Origin: Octopus sinensis
Lineage: Eukaryota
Length of the DNA: 64,000 nt
Direction of reading: 5' to 3'
Assembly: GCF_006345805.1 (NCBI RefSeq)
Contig: NC_043003.1
Coordinates: 33,108,001-33,172,000 of the forward strand
Part shown: positions 1-13,869 of the stretch, one piece after another
Layout: the number at the start of each line of letters is the position of its first letter
How positions within the stretch are numbered: position 1 is the stretch's first letter
Notes under the pieces: generated by a model
What the model was told of the DNA's origin: nothing
Database searches by the model: none
Seen by the model: the letters and a program-made list of their open reading frames with translations, nothing else
Program-made: the position numbers and the translations under genes

Positions 1-819
1 GTGTGTGCGTGCGTGTGTGTGTGAGTGCTAGCGCGCGCCTGTATGTATTTACGTGTACCAGTGTTTGGTGTTTAGCTGCTTGGTAATTTTGTACAAACTC
101 ACAGATCTACATGCTTGCACAACCTTCGTAAAGACTAAACGTGCTTATACTGTCTCCTTCATAAGCTCGTCTTCCGAGCGTTCATAATAATTTTGCTATC
201 GTCTTGACTTAACAGCCCTCAACGTTTGTTTTTACTGTCTTGTTCTCACTGTCTTGTTTTTGTTACCACTTTCACCCTCCGCAAAAAATCCCCAATTTTA
301 CTTAATTTGCTTTGTGGGAATGACTGTTTCAACGAAGTCGCGTCTTGTCCTTGCCTTCAGAATGCGGAGTAGTTGAAACAGGGACAACTGAAGAAGGGGA
401 ATATTCTTTATGTTGTATGTTTCGTTTCTCTGTTGTTTTTTTTCGTTGTTCGAAAAAAGTTCCTTTCTATTTTTTTTCTCATGTTTTCGTTTCTCATTGT
501 ATTCAAAGTTTTTTGCTTCCTGTATCCATATATGCTTCTATATATACATATAAATGTAGGTATGTACATATATGTATGTATATATGCATATATTTATATA
601 TATATATACACACACATATCAACATATAAACACACATATGTATGCAAGCACTTACATATGCACATATATGATGGTTGTGGCTTATATAAGTCTTGAACCT
701 GAGAGGAGGATTTTGATGTATGGTTTGCTGATACTTCATTCATAACTTCTATGAAGACCATTGTTCGTGTCTGCTGCACATATTTTCTCCTCCAATAATC
801 ATAATGTGTGTGTCTGTGT

Positions 820-877
<58 letters not shown>

Positions 878-895
878 TGCGTGTGTGTGTGTGTC

Positions 896-926
<31 letters not shown>

Positions 927-1230
927 TGTGTGATGTACGTACGTTGACATAATTTTACTTCAATGTCACTAAGCTTCTTGGCGGTAGAGTACCAATGTCG
1001 ATATTTCTTTTTCTTTATATTCACCACTGAACATCTCGGTTCTACCTGCTTTGTTGCTGCTCATTTCCTTTATATAAGCTGTAGCGGGTTTAAGGACATC
1101 TCTGATGTGAACAGTTTATCCTCTAGTTCAGTTCTTTTACTCTGAAATTGTTATTGGCATATCTGCGTTTTTGAACGTCTATGCTTTATTCATCCCTTAT
1201 CTAATGGGCTTGCTTGGTGACTCTTTTTAC

Positions 1231-1446
1231 TCTTTTACTTCTTTCAATCATTTGTCTGCGGCCGTGTTAGAGCACCGCTTTTAGTCGAGCAATCGACCCC
1301 AAGACTTATTCATTGTAAGCCTAGTACTTATTGTAAGCCTAGTACTTATTCTTTTGCCGAACCGCTATTTTACTGGGACGTAAATACACCTGCATCGGTT
1401 GTCAAGCGATGTTGGGGGGACAAACACAGACACACAAACACACACA

Positions 1447-1495
<49 letters not shown>

Positions 1496-1648
1496 CCAGG
1501 GGCTTCTTTCAGTTTCCGTCTACCAAATCCACCCACGAGGCTTTGGTCGGCCCGAGGCGAAAGTAGAAGACACTTGCCCAAGGTGCCACGCAGTGGGACT
1601 GAACCCGGAACCATGTGGCTGGTAAGCAAGCTATTTACCACACAGCCA
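1231..1648 (-). mobile_element. tRNA-derived SINE, family A (head + internal microsatellite + tail)
   Basis: The minus strand reads a tRNA-like head (tggctgtgtggtaaatagcttgctt...ttccgggttcagtcccac), then cttgggcaagtgtcttctact, an internal (TA/CA)n and a tail (gtcgattgctcgactaaaagcggtgctc). Many homologous copies occur in the window. Confidence 0.85.
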
Positions 1649-1761
1649 GTTAAATTTCTGCAGTAGTTTACTACCCATATTTTCTAATATCACACCCAGC
1701 ATATATCACAGTTAATATTTCCGTCGACTTGTGCATCCAGCGTTAAGATTTTTATAATCTT

Positions 1762-1990
1762 TCTTTTATCTTTTACTTGTTTTAATCAGCAGATTGCGGC
1801 CCAGCTGGAGCAGCGCTTTGAAGAATTCTTAGTCGAATGAGTCGACCCCCAGTATTTATAATTTTCTAAGCCTGGCTGGTATTATTCTATCGGCCTCTTT
1901 TGCCAAACCTTTAGGTTACCTGGAAGTAAACGTACCAACACGGGTTGCCAAGCAGTGGTGGGGAGGACACCACATGCACACATACATACA

Positions 1991-2038
<48 letters not shown>

Positions 2039-2203
2039 TACGATGGGCGTCTTTCAGTTTTCGTCTATCAAATTCTCTTGCGAATCAATGGTCGGTCCAA
2101 GGCTATAGTTGAAGACACTTGCCGAATTTGCAACGGAATGGAACTGAACCTGGAACAATGTGATTGGGAAGCAAACTTCTTAGCAAATACCCACGCCTGC
2201 GCC
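1762..2203 (-). mobile_element. tRNA-derived SINE, family A
   Basis: Homologous to 1231-1648 across head, internal microsatellite and tail, but more diverged. Confidence 0.8.
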
Positions 2204-3549
2204 TGGTTTGTATTTGTGGTATATATTAAAGGCGTGTAATTATACAATAAAATTATATTGAATACTAGTTTATTATCACACAAGTTTCTGGTCACTGATG
2301 TCCGATTCCTATTCTACTCCTAATGAAACGCATTTTTGAAAACGTGTTTAAGATATATTTGCGAAGTTTAAACGTCATATTCCTTAGAAATATAACGGCA
2401 ACTCAAAAAATCTAGCTTCCGCCATAGTGGCTCTGGAAATTTCCTACGCTTTTGCAAATTTATATTCCACCAACTTCTTGTAGTTAAGAAACACTTCCTG
2501 AGAATTCGAGTTTAAATGTATAAATAGAACAGCGAGTCACCAAAATATATGGACTTAAGTTTGACAAATAACACAAAATTCAAGTATTACAGTAACTGCA
2601 TTTACTGAAGTTTAGATCGTCAAAGAACACACATACACACATACACACACACACACACATACACACACACACACACACATAGGTGTATGCAAGTGTGTGT
2701 GCTTGTGAGTGTACGTGCGTTTGCGTATTTGTGGCTGGCAGCAGAATGACCAATAACCGTAATCTCAGTAGACAGACGCTAAAGAATAAAAGTTGTCGGT
2801 GAGCCGAATCAATTTCAGATGTATGACTATTCAAAATATTTGATGAGACTTCCCCATCTCCCTCTCTCCCTCTCCGTCTCTCTCTCTCTCTCTCTCACTT
2901 TCTCCTCCATTTTCGTTTTTATCATTCTCTGTTGCTATATATCTATTTCTCTCTGTCTGTACGACCATCTCTCGCTTGAATTTTCCTTCTGTCCACTCTT
3001 TCACTCTCCCTTTCTCGCTCTCAGTGTCTCACCTTGCTGTACATACACACAAACACTTGTACATGTACACATACTACCAATATTTACAACAAACACGTGT
3101 ATTATATATGAGTGTGCGTGTTTGCGCATGTGTGCGTGTATGTGAGTGTACATACATACATACACACATACGCACACAAATACACACACATGTATACGCT
3201 TTACACAGGCTATACATACACGCATACACACACATGTAAAAGCACATGTGCATGCGAGTGTATATACGTTCATGTGAAGAGTAGAAACAGCAAAGAGAGA
3301 ACGGAGACCAAATGTTTTGAAACAGCAATAGATCATGGAAGACAGCTTGAATGAAATATATATAAAAACAATATCATATCTTTATTTCGTTTTGTGACGA
3401 TTTGTTCACACCACAGCACCGTTTCATGTTTGTTGATAAACACGCAAACACACGCATACACGCACGCTCACATCATATATAATCACACATCTACATACAC
3501 TCATACGTACACACATCTACATACATACATACATACATACATACATACA

Positions 3550-3622
<73 letters not shown>

Positions 3623-3905
3623 ATATCTTTGTTCATGTAGTTCGTGGTTCCTGTATTGTTGTTTGTGCGTAGTGTGTGTGGCTTTAATAAATTTTTGTGT
3701 ATTTGTATTTGGACGTACGTGTTGCATTTTAAAATAAATTTCTCTTTGTTCGTTAGGCTTATGTTTGTTTTGATTCTTACTCTTGGCCTGTTTTGTTCTT
3801 TTGTTGTGCTTTGTTGTTTGATTGTTTGCTGTGCGAGTTCGTGTTTCGGTTGGAAGTGTAAATCATTATTAAATAGGAAGTCTGTATGACTAATACATAA
3901 TACAT

Positions 3906-3937
<32 letters not shown>

Positions 3938-4120
3938 AGTATATATTATATATATAATATATATATATATATTATATATATATCTATATATATATTGTAT
4001 ATATGGATATATGTATATATATCCATATACATATACATATATACATATTATATATATATCTATATATATATGTATGTGTGTGTGTGTGCATAAATATATG
4101 CATTTACATACATATATGTA

Positions 4121-4164
<44 letters not shown>

Positions 4165-4963
4165 TATATATAATTATATTATATATACACACTAATGCAT
4201 GTTTATATGTCTTACACTTGTGCGTGTGTGTGTGTATGTGGGTGTGATTGTGTGTATAGAAGTGTGTATATTTAATGTTGTATAAATATTTTTGCATATA
4301 TATTTATGATCCATTAATGTTGGTGACTGAACATACCAGAGAAAGACGAAAACAGGGAACACGAGAAATAATGAGAAAGAAAACGTGAGACTGAATAAGT
4401 GTGTGAGATAGATAGATAGAGGGAGGGATAAAGAGAAAGAGAAAGAGAGAGAGAGAGATGGTGTAGAGAGGAAGAGAAAAAGAGAAAGAGGGTAAAGCAA
4501 TAGAGAGGGCGCGAAAATGAGAAGGATGAAGAAAAAGTAGGGATAAGAGTTGTAATTCAAAAGCGGAGATCTATACAAATAGGAATTGACTTGAAATAAG
4601 GAGAAAGGAAGAATAAACGGAGAGAAAGGAGCTAGTTAAAAACAAGGACACTGAAAGGGAACACACAGAGACAGTCAGAGACTCATAGGAGGACACGAAC
4701 ATCACGGAAGCTAAAGAAATCAAATAAAAAAGGTGGACAGAATTTAAGGTGATTAGAAAAAAAAAAATTCGTAGGAAAATAAAACCAAAAATGTGGTAGG
4801 AAGAAGAGAAATAAATATGACAAAATCCAAAAGAAATACCAATGAAAATATGGACAAAAATAATATGGTGTACCTGCGTGTGTGCATGCACATATATATA
4901 TATATATAGGAATGCGTATATGCATGTATATGTATATATACATACATATACGCATGTATATAT

Positions 4964-4995
<32 letters not shown>

Positions 4996-5287
4996 GCATA
5001 TATATATATGAATGCATATATGTATGTATGTATCCATGTAGACACACACAGACACCCACACACAAAAAAACTCTCACACACACATAGACATGCACGTATA
5101 TGCGTATGGATGTTTGTATATGTATGTGTATACATATGTGCTTTCGTTGTGTATGTTGATCGTGTCTTCAAACTAACATCAAAATCTTAGAGATAATCTA
5201 TAAAACTCATGAATATGTCCACGTGATCACACCTCACACCTATACACTTAGACACATACATTCAAGCACATGTATGTGTGTGTGTAT

Positions 5288-5331
<44 letters not shown>

Positions 5332-6307
5332 ATATCTTTATATATATTCATTTCTATTTGTATATTATATATATATGCTTATATATGCAAATATATATGT
5401 ATATGTATTTAATGTTTTATATGAATATATCATTATATGAATTATATGCACATATATATCAATATACTACGCACACACACATATACATACATACATATGT
5501 ACATACACCTATACATATATACGTACATAGATGCATATGTGTGTGTATATATATATATATATATACACTGATGCATGTTATGTCTCACACCTAGGGCGTG
5601 TGTGTGTGTGTATTTGCGTGTAATATATATATATTATATATATATATATATATATAATATATATATATATATATACATATATACATACATACAATATATA
5701 TATATATATTATATTTATATATGTATATATATATATATATATATATAGTATATATGTATATATATATAATATATATGTAATATATTTATATATATATATA
5801 TATATATATATTAATATATATATATATATATATTATATAATATATACATATATATTTATATACTGTGAGAGAGAAAAGGACAGAGTATGAGTACTAATGG
5901 AAGGGAAAAAATTCGGGAATTAAATATGGGTAGAGAAAACAATCACGAGAAGAATTTAAAATCTGAGAATACAAGAATTAATTAAAAAAATAGATAATGT
6001 ATATATATATATCTGTGTGTGCGTGTGTGTGTGAACGTGTCTATATTTTTTGTTGTGTCTGTGTATGCGTGTGTGTGTGTGTGTGTGTGTGGTGTGTGTG
6101 TGTGTGTGTGTGTGTGTTAATCTGTCTGCTTGCGCGCGTGTGTGCGTGTGTATGCGTGTGTGTATGTGTATGTGTGTGTGTGTGTGGTGTGTGCGTGTGG
6201 ATATGTGTATACGAAAGCACCGCACTTGAGACACATGAAAGCCAAATAGAAACAACACAGCAACAACGATGATGATGATGATGATGATAATAATAGTAAT
6301 AATAATA

Positions 6308-6351
<44 letters not shown>

Positions 6352-6376
6352 AATAATAACAATAATAATGATGATG

Positions 6377-6436
<60 letters not shown>

Positions 6437-7075
6437 TAATAATAATAATAATAATAATGAGGAGATTGGATTAATAAGTGGGAGTGGAAAGCTGGTGGTA
6501 GGGTGGTTTTAGAGTCGAGTAATTCCAAAGGTGGTGATTTGACCAAATACTGTTGGCGCCATCTATGAGTTGAGTTCACCAGATGTCAGCTGAAGAAGAC
6601 GTTAGGCGACTAACAGCTACTGATGATATTTTTGCACAAGGAATGCCAGAGTTACCGGCTTTGGGGAAATCAAATATTTGGATTACCTAAATATATCCCT
6701 AGCCTGCAGGAGCCTTCATTATCAAGGTAGAAGAATATGACCCGGAAAAGAGCTAAGTTCGAGAAAATAGAGGGCAAAGAGCTTCACTGAGAAGATTAAA
6801 AACAGGAATGAAATATAAATACAAATAACGCAACGAACAGGAATTAAAATTTAGCGGGTTTTGATTTAATGTTTGAAATATTTAGGTATAAGTGGAGGAT
6901 GGAATGAAAAACTGAGTGAGTGACAGAGAGAGAAAGAGAGGAAAAAACAGCCAATACAATTCAATGGCAATAACGGGAATGTGGAAACTGTATGTGACGT
7001 GTGTGTATGTGTGTGTGTCTACATATATATATATATATATAGTTCAAATTTACAGAAAACAAACGACGAAGACCG

Positions 7076-7127
<52 letters not shown>

Positions 7128-7238
7128 TGTGTGTGTGTGTGTGCGCATACATACAATTGTATGTATGTATTTATGAATAAATACTTATATACACGCATGC
7201 CCACACGCATATACAAAGAGAGAGTGGAAGAAAGAAAG

Positions 7239-7273
<35 letters not shown>

Positions 7274-7439
7274 AAAGAGTGTGCAGCATGAAAGATTGAT
7301 AGATTTTAATTGAAGAGTAGGGAGAAAACCCAAACATTGTGGAATCATATACTTACATACATATTCATATACATAGAAACTTATATATATGTGTATGCTT
7401 GTATGTATGTATTTATGTTTGTATAATACTAACATATAT

Positions 7440-7487
<48 letters not shown>

Positions 7488-7540
7488 TATATATATAGAG
7501 AGGAGAGGGAGAGTGAGAGGAAGATAATGCATGCATACAC

Positions 7541-7583
<43 letters not shown>

Positions 7584-8220
7584 ATATATATATATATATA
7601 TATATATCAACATAATTATATTTCTACGTGTGCATGTGTGTGTTTGTGTGTATGTACGTATTTTTAGGAAGGTTTAATATATAGAATTAAAACATAAATG
7701 GTAAGAAACAGAAGTGTAAAAGGTAAGAGGAAGCTAACTCACAGAAATAAATATTGCGAATATTTGCCGATGGGAGTGGAATGATATACAAATATATGAC
7801 AGAAAATAAAAGAAAGAACAAGCTATAGTTGTAAGGAATAAGGAAGATAATAGGTATGGGTGGAGTAGGTTATCACTAAGTTAGTGGGAAGGAGCCGATA
7901 AAAATAGAATAAAATAAAATATATACATCGAACGGTGTATGATGGTGGTAGTGGGAGATTTCGAAAAAAAAGTGAAAGATTGATGTAATAAAGAGGAAGG
8001 AGTGACATGCTACTTATTCACTTTTTCATTCCATTCCGAAAAGAAACAACGAGTAATATGTTCTACCTTCCCATTCCCAGAATTTCTCGCAGGAGTTGCC
8101 AAAATAGAGTGTAACATTTGGTTTATCCTTATTTAAATTTCGTTGACATATTGATTAAATGAGACGACTGATACCTCTCATTCGCAATGTATAAAGAAGA
8201 GAGTAAGCCAGAAGTAAGAA

Positions 8221-8540
8221 GGAACTGATTCGGATCTTTTCAGTTTGAAGGCCAGATTTTCTTAGTTAACTAAACAATTTGAAACTTCGTATACTGGTAG
8301 AATGTGTCAAAAGAAAACATAATTGTAACCCAAAATGAAAACGGAATTGTAATTTCTAAGTTTAACGTTGTTAATAATTCGAATTTTAACCAATGATATT
8401 CTTTCTTTCGACCTCAATTATTTACTGCTTCTCAAAATATTGTTACTGTGTTACGTAAACAGCTATTTTGTGGCGTAGTTAACGTAAACATGTAAACAGA
8501 CCACAGATTCGTTTGTAACGTAAACATCCGCTCATCGTAA
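8221..8540. repeat. Unclassified interspersed repeat, copy 1 (inverted relative to 15449-15760)
   Basis: About 320 bp aligns by eye with the reverse complement of 15449-15760, e.g. tttgaaacttcgtatactggtagaatgtgtcaaaagaaaacataattgtaa. Confidence 0.85.
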
Positions 8541-9405
8541 ATAGCTAAATTCGCTTGGCATCGTACACAGCTTTTTCAGTTCCCTAGAATTATATTCAAA
8601 GAAAGAAAAATAAAAAAAGATTCATTACGCTTAAATATCCATCCTTAGACATCAGAAAATGTGTGTTTAATTATTTTCCATTGTTTGCATTGCTACACAC
8701 AATACACACACACATACATACATCACATACTAAAATTACATCGTTGGAGCAGTAATTATTTATGTATTTTTTGTTATACAATTTATTTTAAAGCTGAATC
8801 CCTATCCTGCCATTAACCCCTTTCTTATAAAATAGTTGAAGAATCTGGGGTGTAGGTATGGGCCAGTATTGGAACTTTTTACTTCTTGCTCTCTATCTTA
8901 TGATCTCCGAAATTAAGAATCTTGTGTTAACTCGGCTCTTATTATTTACTCTGACTCTGCCACCACCTCAATGCAAAGACTATCAATATCAGAATCATCT
9001 CACACCCACCACTACAACCATTACTACAACCTCGAATGCCACCACCACAACCATCTTCTGCAGCCACAACCCCAAGATCAATACCAGCATCATATTCAAA
9101 ATCACCAATTTCACCACCACTACACTCTGCAATGTCTTCAACTCTACCATCCATGAGACATCCTAACATAATCAATGCTACTACTACATCATCATATTAT
9201 CATCATCATCCAATGCCGCCACCACCACCACCACTCTACACAAACACCAACACGATAATTGCTGCCATCATACACATCCACTGTCACCACTACACCACCA
9301 CTGCCATGATAACCACATCTACCACCTCCAACACATTGCCACCACTATCTATGAGACATGCTAAGTTAGAAACTACTTTCACTTTCTAGTTGCTCTTTGA
9401 GTTTA

Positions 9406-9798
9406 TCTTTATATATAAAAGAGAGGTTGTGTGTCTGTCTCCTACGATTTAGATTCCTAACTACTCCCACATTTTGCGGTGCAGTTTAACCAAAACCGGG
9501 TATCTTATAGTCGTGATTCATATCGAGCCCTTCTGGGTATTAGCGCGCGTCTACGATGAGTCTACGATTTAAAAAAATTACCATCATTTTTTTCCATTTT
9601 AATGCATTTTTTCGATATTATATAAGGGAAGTAACTCTCTAAAAATGTCTACGATGAGTCAACGATTTAAAAAAAATTTACCATCATTTTTTTCCATTTT
9701 TAATGCATTTTTTTGCTATTTTTTGGCTATAACTCTCTAAAAATGATTATATAGTTATTTCCCTTACAAACCCGAGCAACGCCGGGCGATACTGCTTG
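9406..9798 (+). mobile_element. Non-autonomous Helitron
   Basis: It sits between A and T, starts TC(tttatatataaaa), has a subterminal hairpin cccgagcaacgccggg (9771-9786) and ends CTTG (CTAG in sibling copies). It is homologous to the units at 12351-13869. Confidence 0.85.
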
Positions 9799-10303
9799 TT
9801 ATATCTAATCTATCTCTCTAAAAGATGCAAAGCAAGTAGCATTAAATGGTGAATGGATGTGAGCAGAAAGAGAGTAAGTTCCATTCCAGTTTACAACAAT
9901 TATAGAATTATTCTCAAACCATAAATGAAGGGTGGAGACGAGTGAAGGAGGAGTCATGTTTCCTCTGAGAGGTTACAGAAGTAATAAGCACTGAAAAGTG
10001 GAGTTTGCGTTATTATTTTTGTTTCATAGTTTACAATTATTTCTACAAATTCATTTTGACTTATCTTCAATCATGTTTATAAACGTGACCGCTGTGCCGT
10101 CCACTATAAACATTGATTAATGTCCTATATTTAAGCGATAGACAAACACTTCAGCATATTATTTTTTGTAGAGAGTTGCGAGGGATCATTTCTATGAACC
10201 GGGTATCTGTACAACGGATATGACTACATCATTAATTGTGGAGTCGTTTAAAAACACGATGCAAGATTAAGTCAACATGGAATTTTTGAAACAATCATAA
10301 ATT

Positions 10304-10472
10304 GTTCTATATTTTAGAGATGAGGAATTCTGTACAATATTTACATTTTTTACATTGGACGGATATTTGTCCTCATCTTGTTTGTTGCTACCACAAAATT
10401 TCGGCTGATTTACTCTCCAGCCTTCATCAGGTGTCCTGGTAGAATTTTGAATCCAACCCTAGGTTCTAAGGT
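10304..10472 (-). mobile_element. 3' part of the hammerhead-carrying tRNA-SINE family
   Basis: Homologous to both segments of the 39841-40177 insertion (gacacctgatgaa; cagccgaa...aacaagatgaggacaaatatccgtc). Confidence 0.8.
10390..10435 (-). ncRNA. Minimal type I hammerhead ribozyme motif, degenerate helix III
   Basis: Minus strand reads GACAC CTGATGA A GGCTG gagagtaaat CAGCC GAAA tttt GTGGT. Core and helix II are intact, but the AACGTT palindrome seen in the sibling copy is mutated. Confidence 0.75.
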
Positions 10473-10924
10473 GCCACGCAGTGTGAATGAACTCGAAACT
10501 ATGTGGCTGGTATGACCTGTCAGGGAGTCACCATTGCTTTCGCGCCTTTTACGTTCTTAGCCGTGGGAGACGTCTATATTGCTAAGAGTATAAAAAGTGT
10601 GAAACCAATGGTAACGTCCTTCCTGGTCGTAAACCACAACTACATTAGATATTACTACGATATATCTAAAAAAAACATTTACTTGTCTCAGTCATTCGAC
10701 ATATTCTATCGGTTAATTTCGTCGAACTTCTAAGTTGCGGGGATGGAAAGGAAGTCAACAAGCGGTTGTCTGGGACAAGCACGAAGCTAGCCCCCTCCGG
10801 CCCACAAACACGTATATACGACGGGTTTTTTTCAGTTTCCATCGTCCAAATCTATTTGACCTAGTGACCAGGCAGCAAACTTCTTGTCACACGGTCACTC
10901 CTACGCCTATATATATATATATAT

Positions 10925-11082
10925 ATTGATCAAAATAAAAACATGATGCCAAGGATTCAGCGGTACATGTGTTTCGGGCCTTTATTAGACAGATTTATAA
11001 CAATGCATATGTATGTCTGTGGCCTTCTTCAGCCGCGCACAACAGCTTCCACAAGGACATGTGTTACATCAAAAATTCTTGA
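10925..11082 (-). mobile_element. PLE-type 3'-end fragment between two (TA)n tracts
   Basis: Near-identical to 36674-36835, contains an HHR, and is flanked by (TA)n on both sides. Confidence 0.75.
10960..11036 (-). ncRNA. Type I hammerhead ribozyme motif
   Basis: Minus strand reads GCGG CTGAAGA A GGCC [long loop] GGCC C GAAAC ACAT GTA CCGC. Confidence 0.8.
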
Positions 11083-11245
<163 letters not shown>

Positions 11246-11354
11246 ATATATACACGTCCCCGTAGCTTAGCGTTTTGGAAAAAGAAACCGATAGAATAAG
11301 TGCTAGGGTTCCAAAGAGTAAGTCCTGGGGTCGATTTCTATAACTAAAAAACCT

Positions 11355-11416
11355 TCAAACTCTGCTTGTTGTCCTTTCACCTGTCTTCGTCGTTTGTTTT
11401 CTGTAAATTTGAACTA
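11355..11416 (+). mobile_element. Extreme 3' terminus of the PLE family seen at 32945-34831 and 31432-31553
   Basis: Shares the terminal motif cacctgtcttcgtc(g/t)tttg...aa(a/t)tt, followed by a microsatellite. Confidence 0.55.
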
Positions 11417-11973
11417 CACACACACACGCGCGCGCGCGGGCACACACACACACACATACACACGCACACACATATATATATAGGTAAAAGATTAATGAGT
11501 GCGTGCGTTACATAAATAATATCTTCAGGATTAAATAAAAAGACAACAAACGGAAAATGACATATCTCTATATATAAAACTGAATTGCGTTTTTACCGCT
11601 TAGATCGCTTTCAATGCCACTACATCCCGTCCGATTCGCTCCAAAATTTACAGGGACATGTAGAATGAGGTAACGATGCGCGTGGGGTACCTTAGAAATC
11701 CCTATCTTAAAAGGTGTGGTTGCTAGGAGCCATCTTCCTCACTCACCCTATCTCCTCCTTTCCCTCTCTTACTCCTCTTCATAACTTTCAGAAGTCCACT
11801 ACGATTATTTAAAGTATCTGTCACTATCGCTATTTCCTTTCTTTTTCACTGACTCTGTTTCCTACCTTCCTATCACTTCGGCGACGTTCTTTTAAGTATA
11901 TGTCTGTCACCAACAAACAACACACGAGCATGAGAACAAATATTATGAATCAGATATTCTTGCGTTCATTTAT

Positions 11974-12210
11974 ATGTGTGTGTGTGTGTTCTATATATAA
12001 ATATGTATATATAATGTATGTGTGTGTGTGTGTGTTCTATATATAAATATGTATATATAATGTATGTGTGTGTGTGTTCTATATATAAATATGTATATAT
12101 AATGTATGTGTGTGTGTGTGTGTGTTCTATATATAAATATGTATATATAATGTATGTGTGTGTGTGTGTGTTCTATATATAAATATGTATATATAATGTA
12201 TATATACAAA
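11974..12210. repeat. Higher-order repeat (~40-45 bp unit) built from compound microsatellite
   Basis: The unit tatgtgtgtg..ttctatatataaatatgtatatataatg repeats about 5 times and varies only in (TG)n length. Confidence 0.9.
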
Positions 12211-12350
12211 GTGTATATATCTGTATTTATGTATATTAAACTTTTTCATACTTTTTCATAGTTATATATATTTTTAAACAAATTATAAATATAATTTAAT
12301 AATTTTTATTTTCAATTTAAATAATTTAAAGTTTTCAATTTTATATTTTA

Positions 12351-13869
12351 CTAGTAGTATCGCCCGGCGTTGCTCGGGTTTGTAAGGGAAATAACTATAT
12401 AAGCATTTTTAGTGAGTTATAGCAAAAAGAATAGCAAAAAATGCATTAAAAATGGAATAAAAAATGATAGTAATTTTTTTTTAAAATCGTTGACTCATCG
12501 TAGACATTTTTAGAGAGTTACTTCCCTTATATAATAGCGAAAAATGCATTAAAATGGAATAAAAAATGATGGTAATTTTTTTTTATCGTTGACTCATCGT
12601 AGACATTTTTAGAGAGTTACTTACCTTATATAATATCGAAAAAATGCATTAAAATGGAATAAAAAATGATGGTAAATTCTTTTTTAAATCGTAGACTCAT
12701 CGTAGACGCGCGCTAATACCCAGAAGGGCTCGATATGAATCACGACTATAAGATACCCGGTTTTGGTTACACTGCACCGCAATGTTGGGAGTGGTTAGGA
12801 ATCTAAATCGTAGGAGACGACACACAACCTTACTTTTATATATAAAGACTAGCAGTATCGCCGCGTTGCTCGGGGTTGTAAGGGAAATAACTATATATGC
12901 ATTTCTATAGAGTTATAGCAAAAAAATGCATTAAAAATGGAATAAAAAGTGATGGTAATTTTTTTTTAAATCGTTGACTCAGTGTCTTCAAGCCATGAAG
13001 TCGTTGTTCTAAAAGAACGCTGGTCTCCTTGACAACGCTTTACGACGTTGATTTCCTTACACTCCCTTCCCCACAGCTTCACGAGGGAGAAGCAAACAGG
13101 TGCAGATGTGAGCGTGGACGCCAGTTCCGCTGCCATCGACACACGAATAATTATGCATTAAAATGGAATAAAAAATGATGTTAAATTATTTTTAAAATCG
13201 TAGACTCATCGTAGACGCGCGCTAATAGCCAGACGGGCTTGATATGAATCACAACTATAAGATACCCGAATTTGGTTAAACTGCACCGCAAAATGTGGGA
13301 GTAGTTAGGAATCTAAATCGAAGGGGACAGACACTCACACAACTACAGTTTTATATATATAGACTAGCAGTATCGCCCGGCGTTGCTCGGGTTTGTAGGG
13401 GAAATAACTATATAAGCATATTTAGAGAGTTACTTCCCTTATAAATTCGGGCTTTCTTAGCCATTTTTGTTTTGGTGTCTTCAAGCCATGAAGTCGTTGT
13501 TCTAAAAGAACGCTGGTTTCCTTCACAACGCATTACGACGTTGATTTCTTTACACTCCCTTCCCCACAGCTTCACGAGGGAGGGAAGGGGGAGAAGCAAA
13601 CAGGTGCAGCTGTGAGCGTGGACGCCAACTCCGCCGCCATCGACATACGATGCATTTTATGCATTAAAATGGAATAAAAAATGATGTTAAATTATTTTTA
13701 AAATCGTAGACTCATCGTTGACGCGCGCTAATAGTCAGACGGGCTCGATATGAATCACGACTATAAGATACCCGAATTTGGTTAAACTGCACCGCAAAAT
13801 GTGGGAGGAGTTAGGAATCTAAATCGAAGGGGACAGACACTCACACAACTAGAGTTTTATATATATAGA
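12351..13869 (-). mobile_element. Head-to-tail trimer of non-autonomous Helitrons
   Basis: Units are 12351-12848, 12849-13363 and 13364-13869. Each has 5' TC and 3' hairpin+CTAG on the minus strand. The internal junctions are exact CTAG|TC, and the array lies between A and T. Confidence 0.9.

Noticed and set aside
320-410. 10-bp inverted repeat CTGTTTCAAC/GTTGAAACAG with nearby CTGAAGA and GAAAC
   Set aside because: The motif order and helix I do not fit a hammerhead on either strand.
2294-2340. CTGATGT...GAAACGC motif
   Set aside because: Helix II and helix I do not pair.
6480-6790. Coding-looking stretch (MSAEEDVRRLTATDDIFAQGMPELPALGKSNIWIT)
   Set aside because: All frames close quickly and I recognise no motif or exon boundaries.
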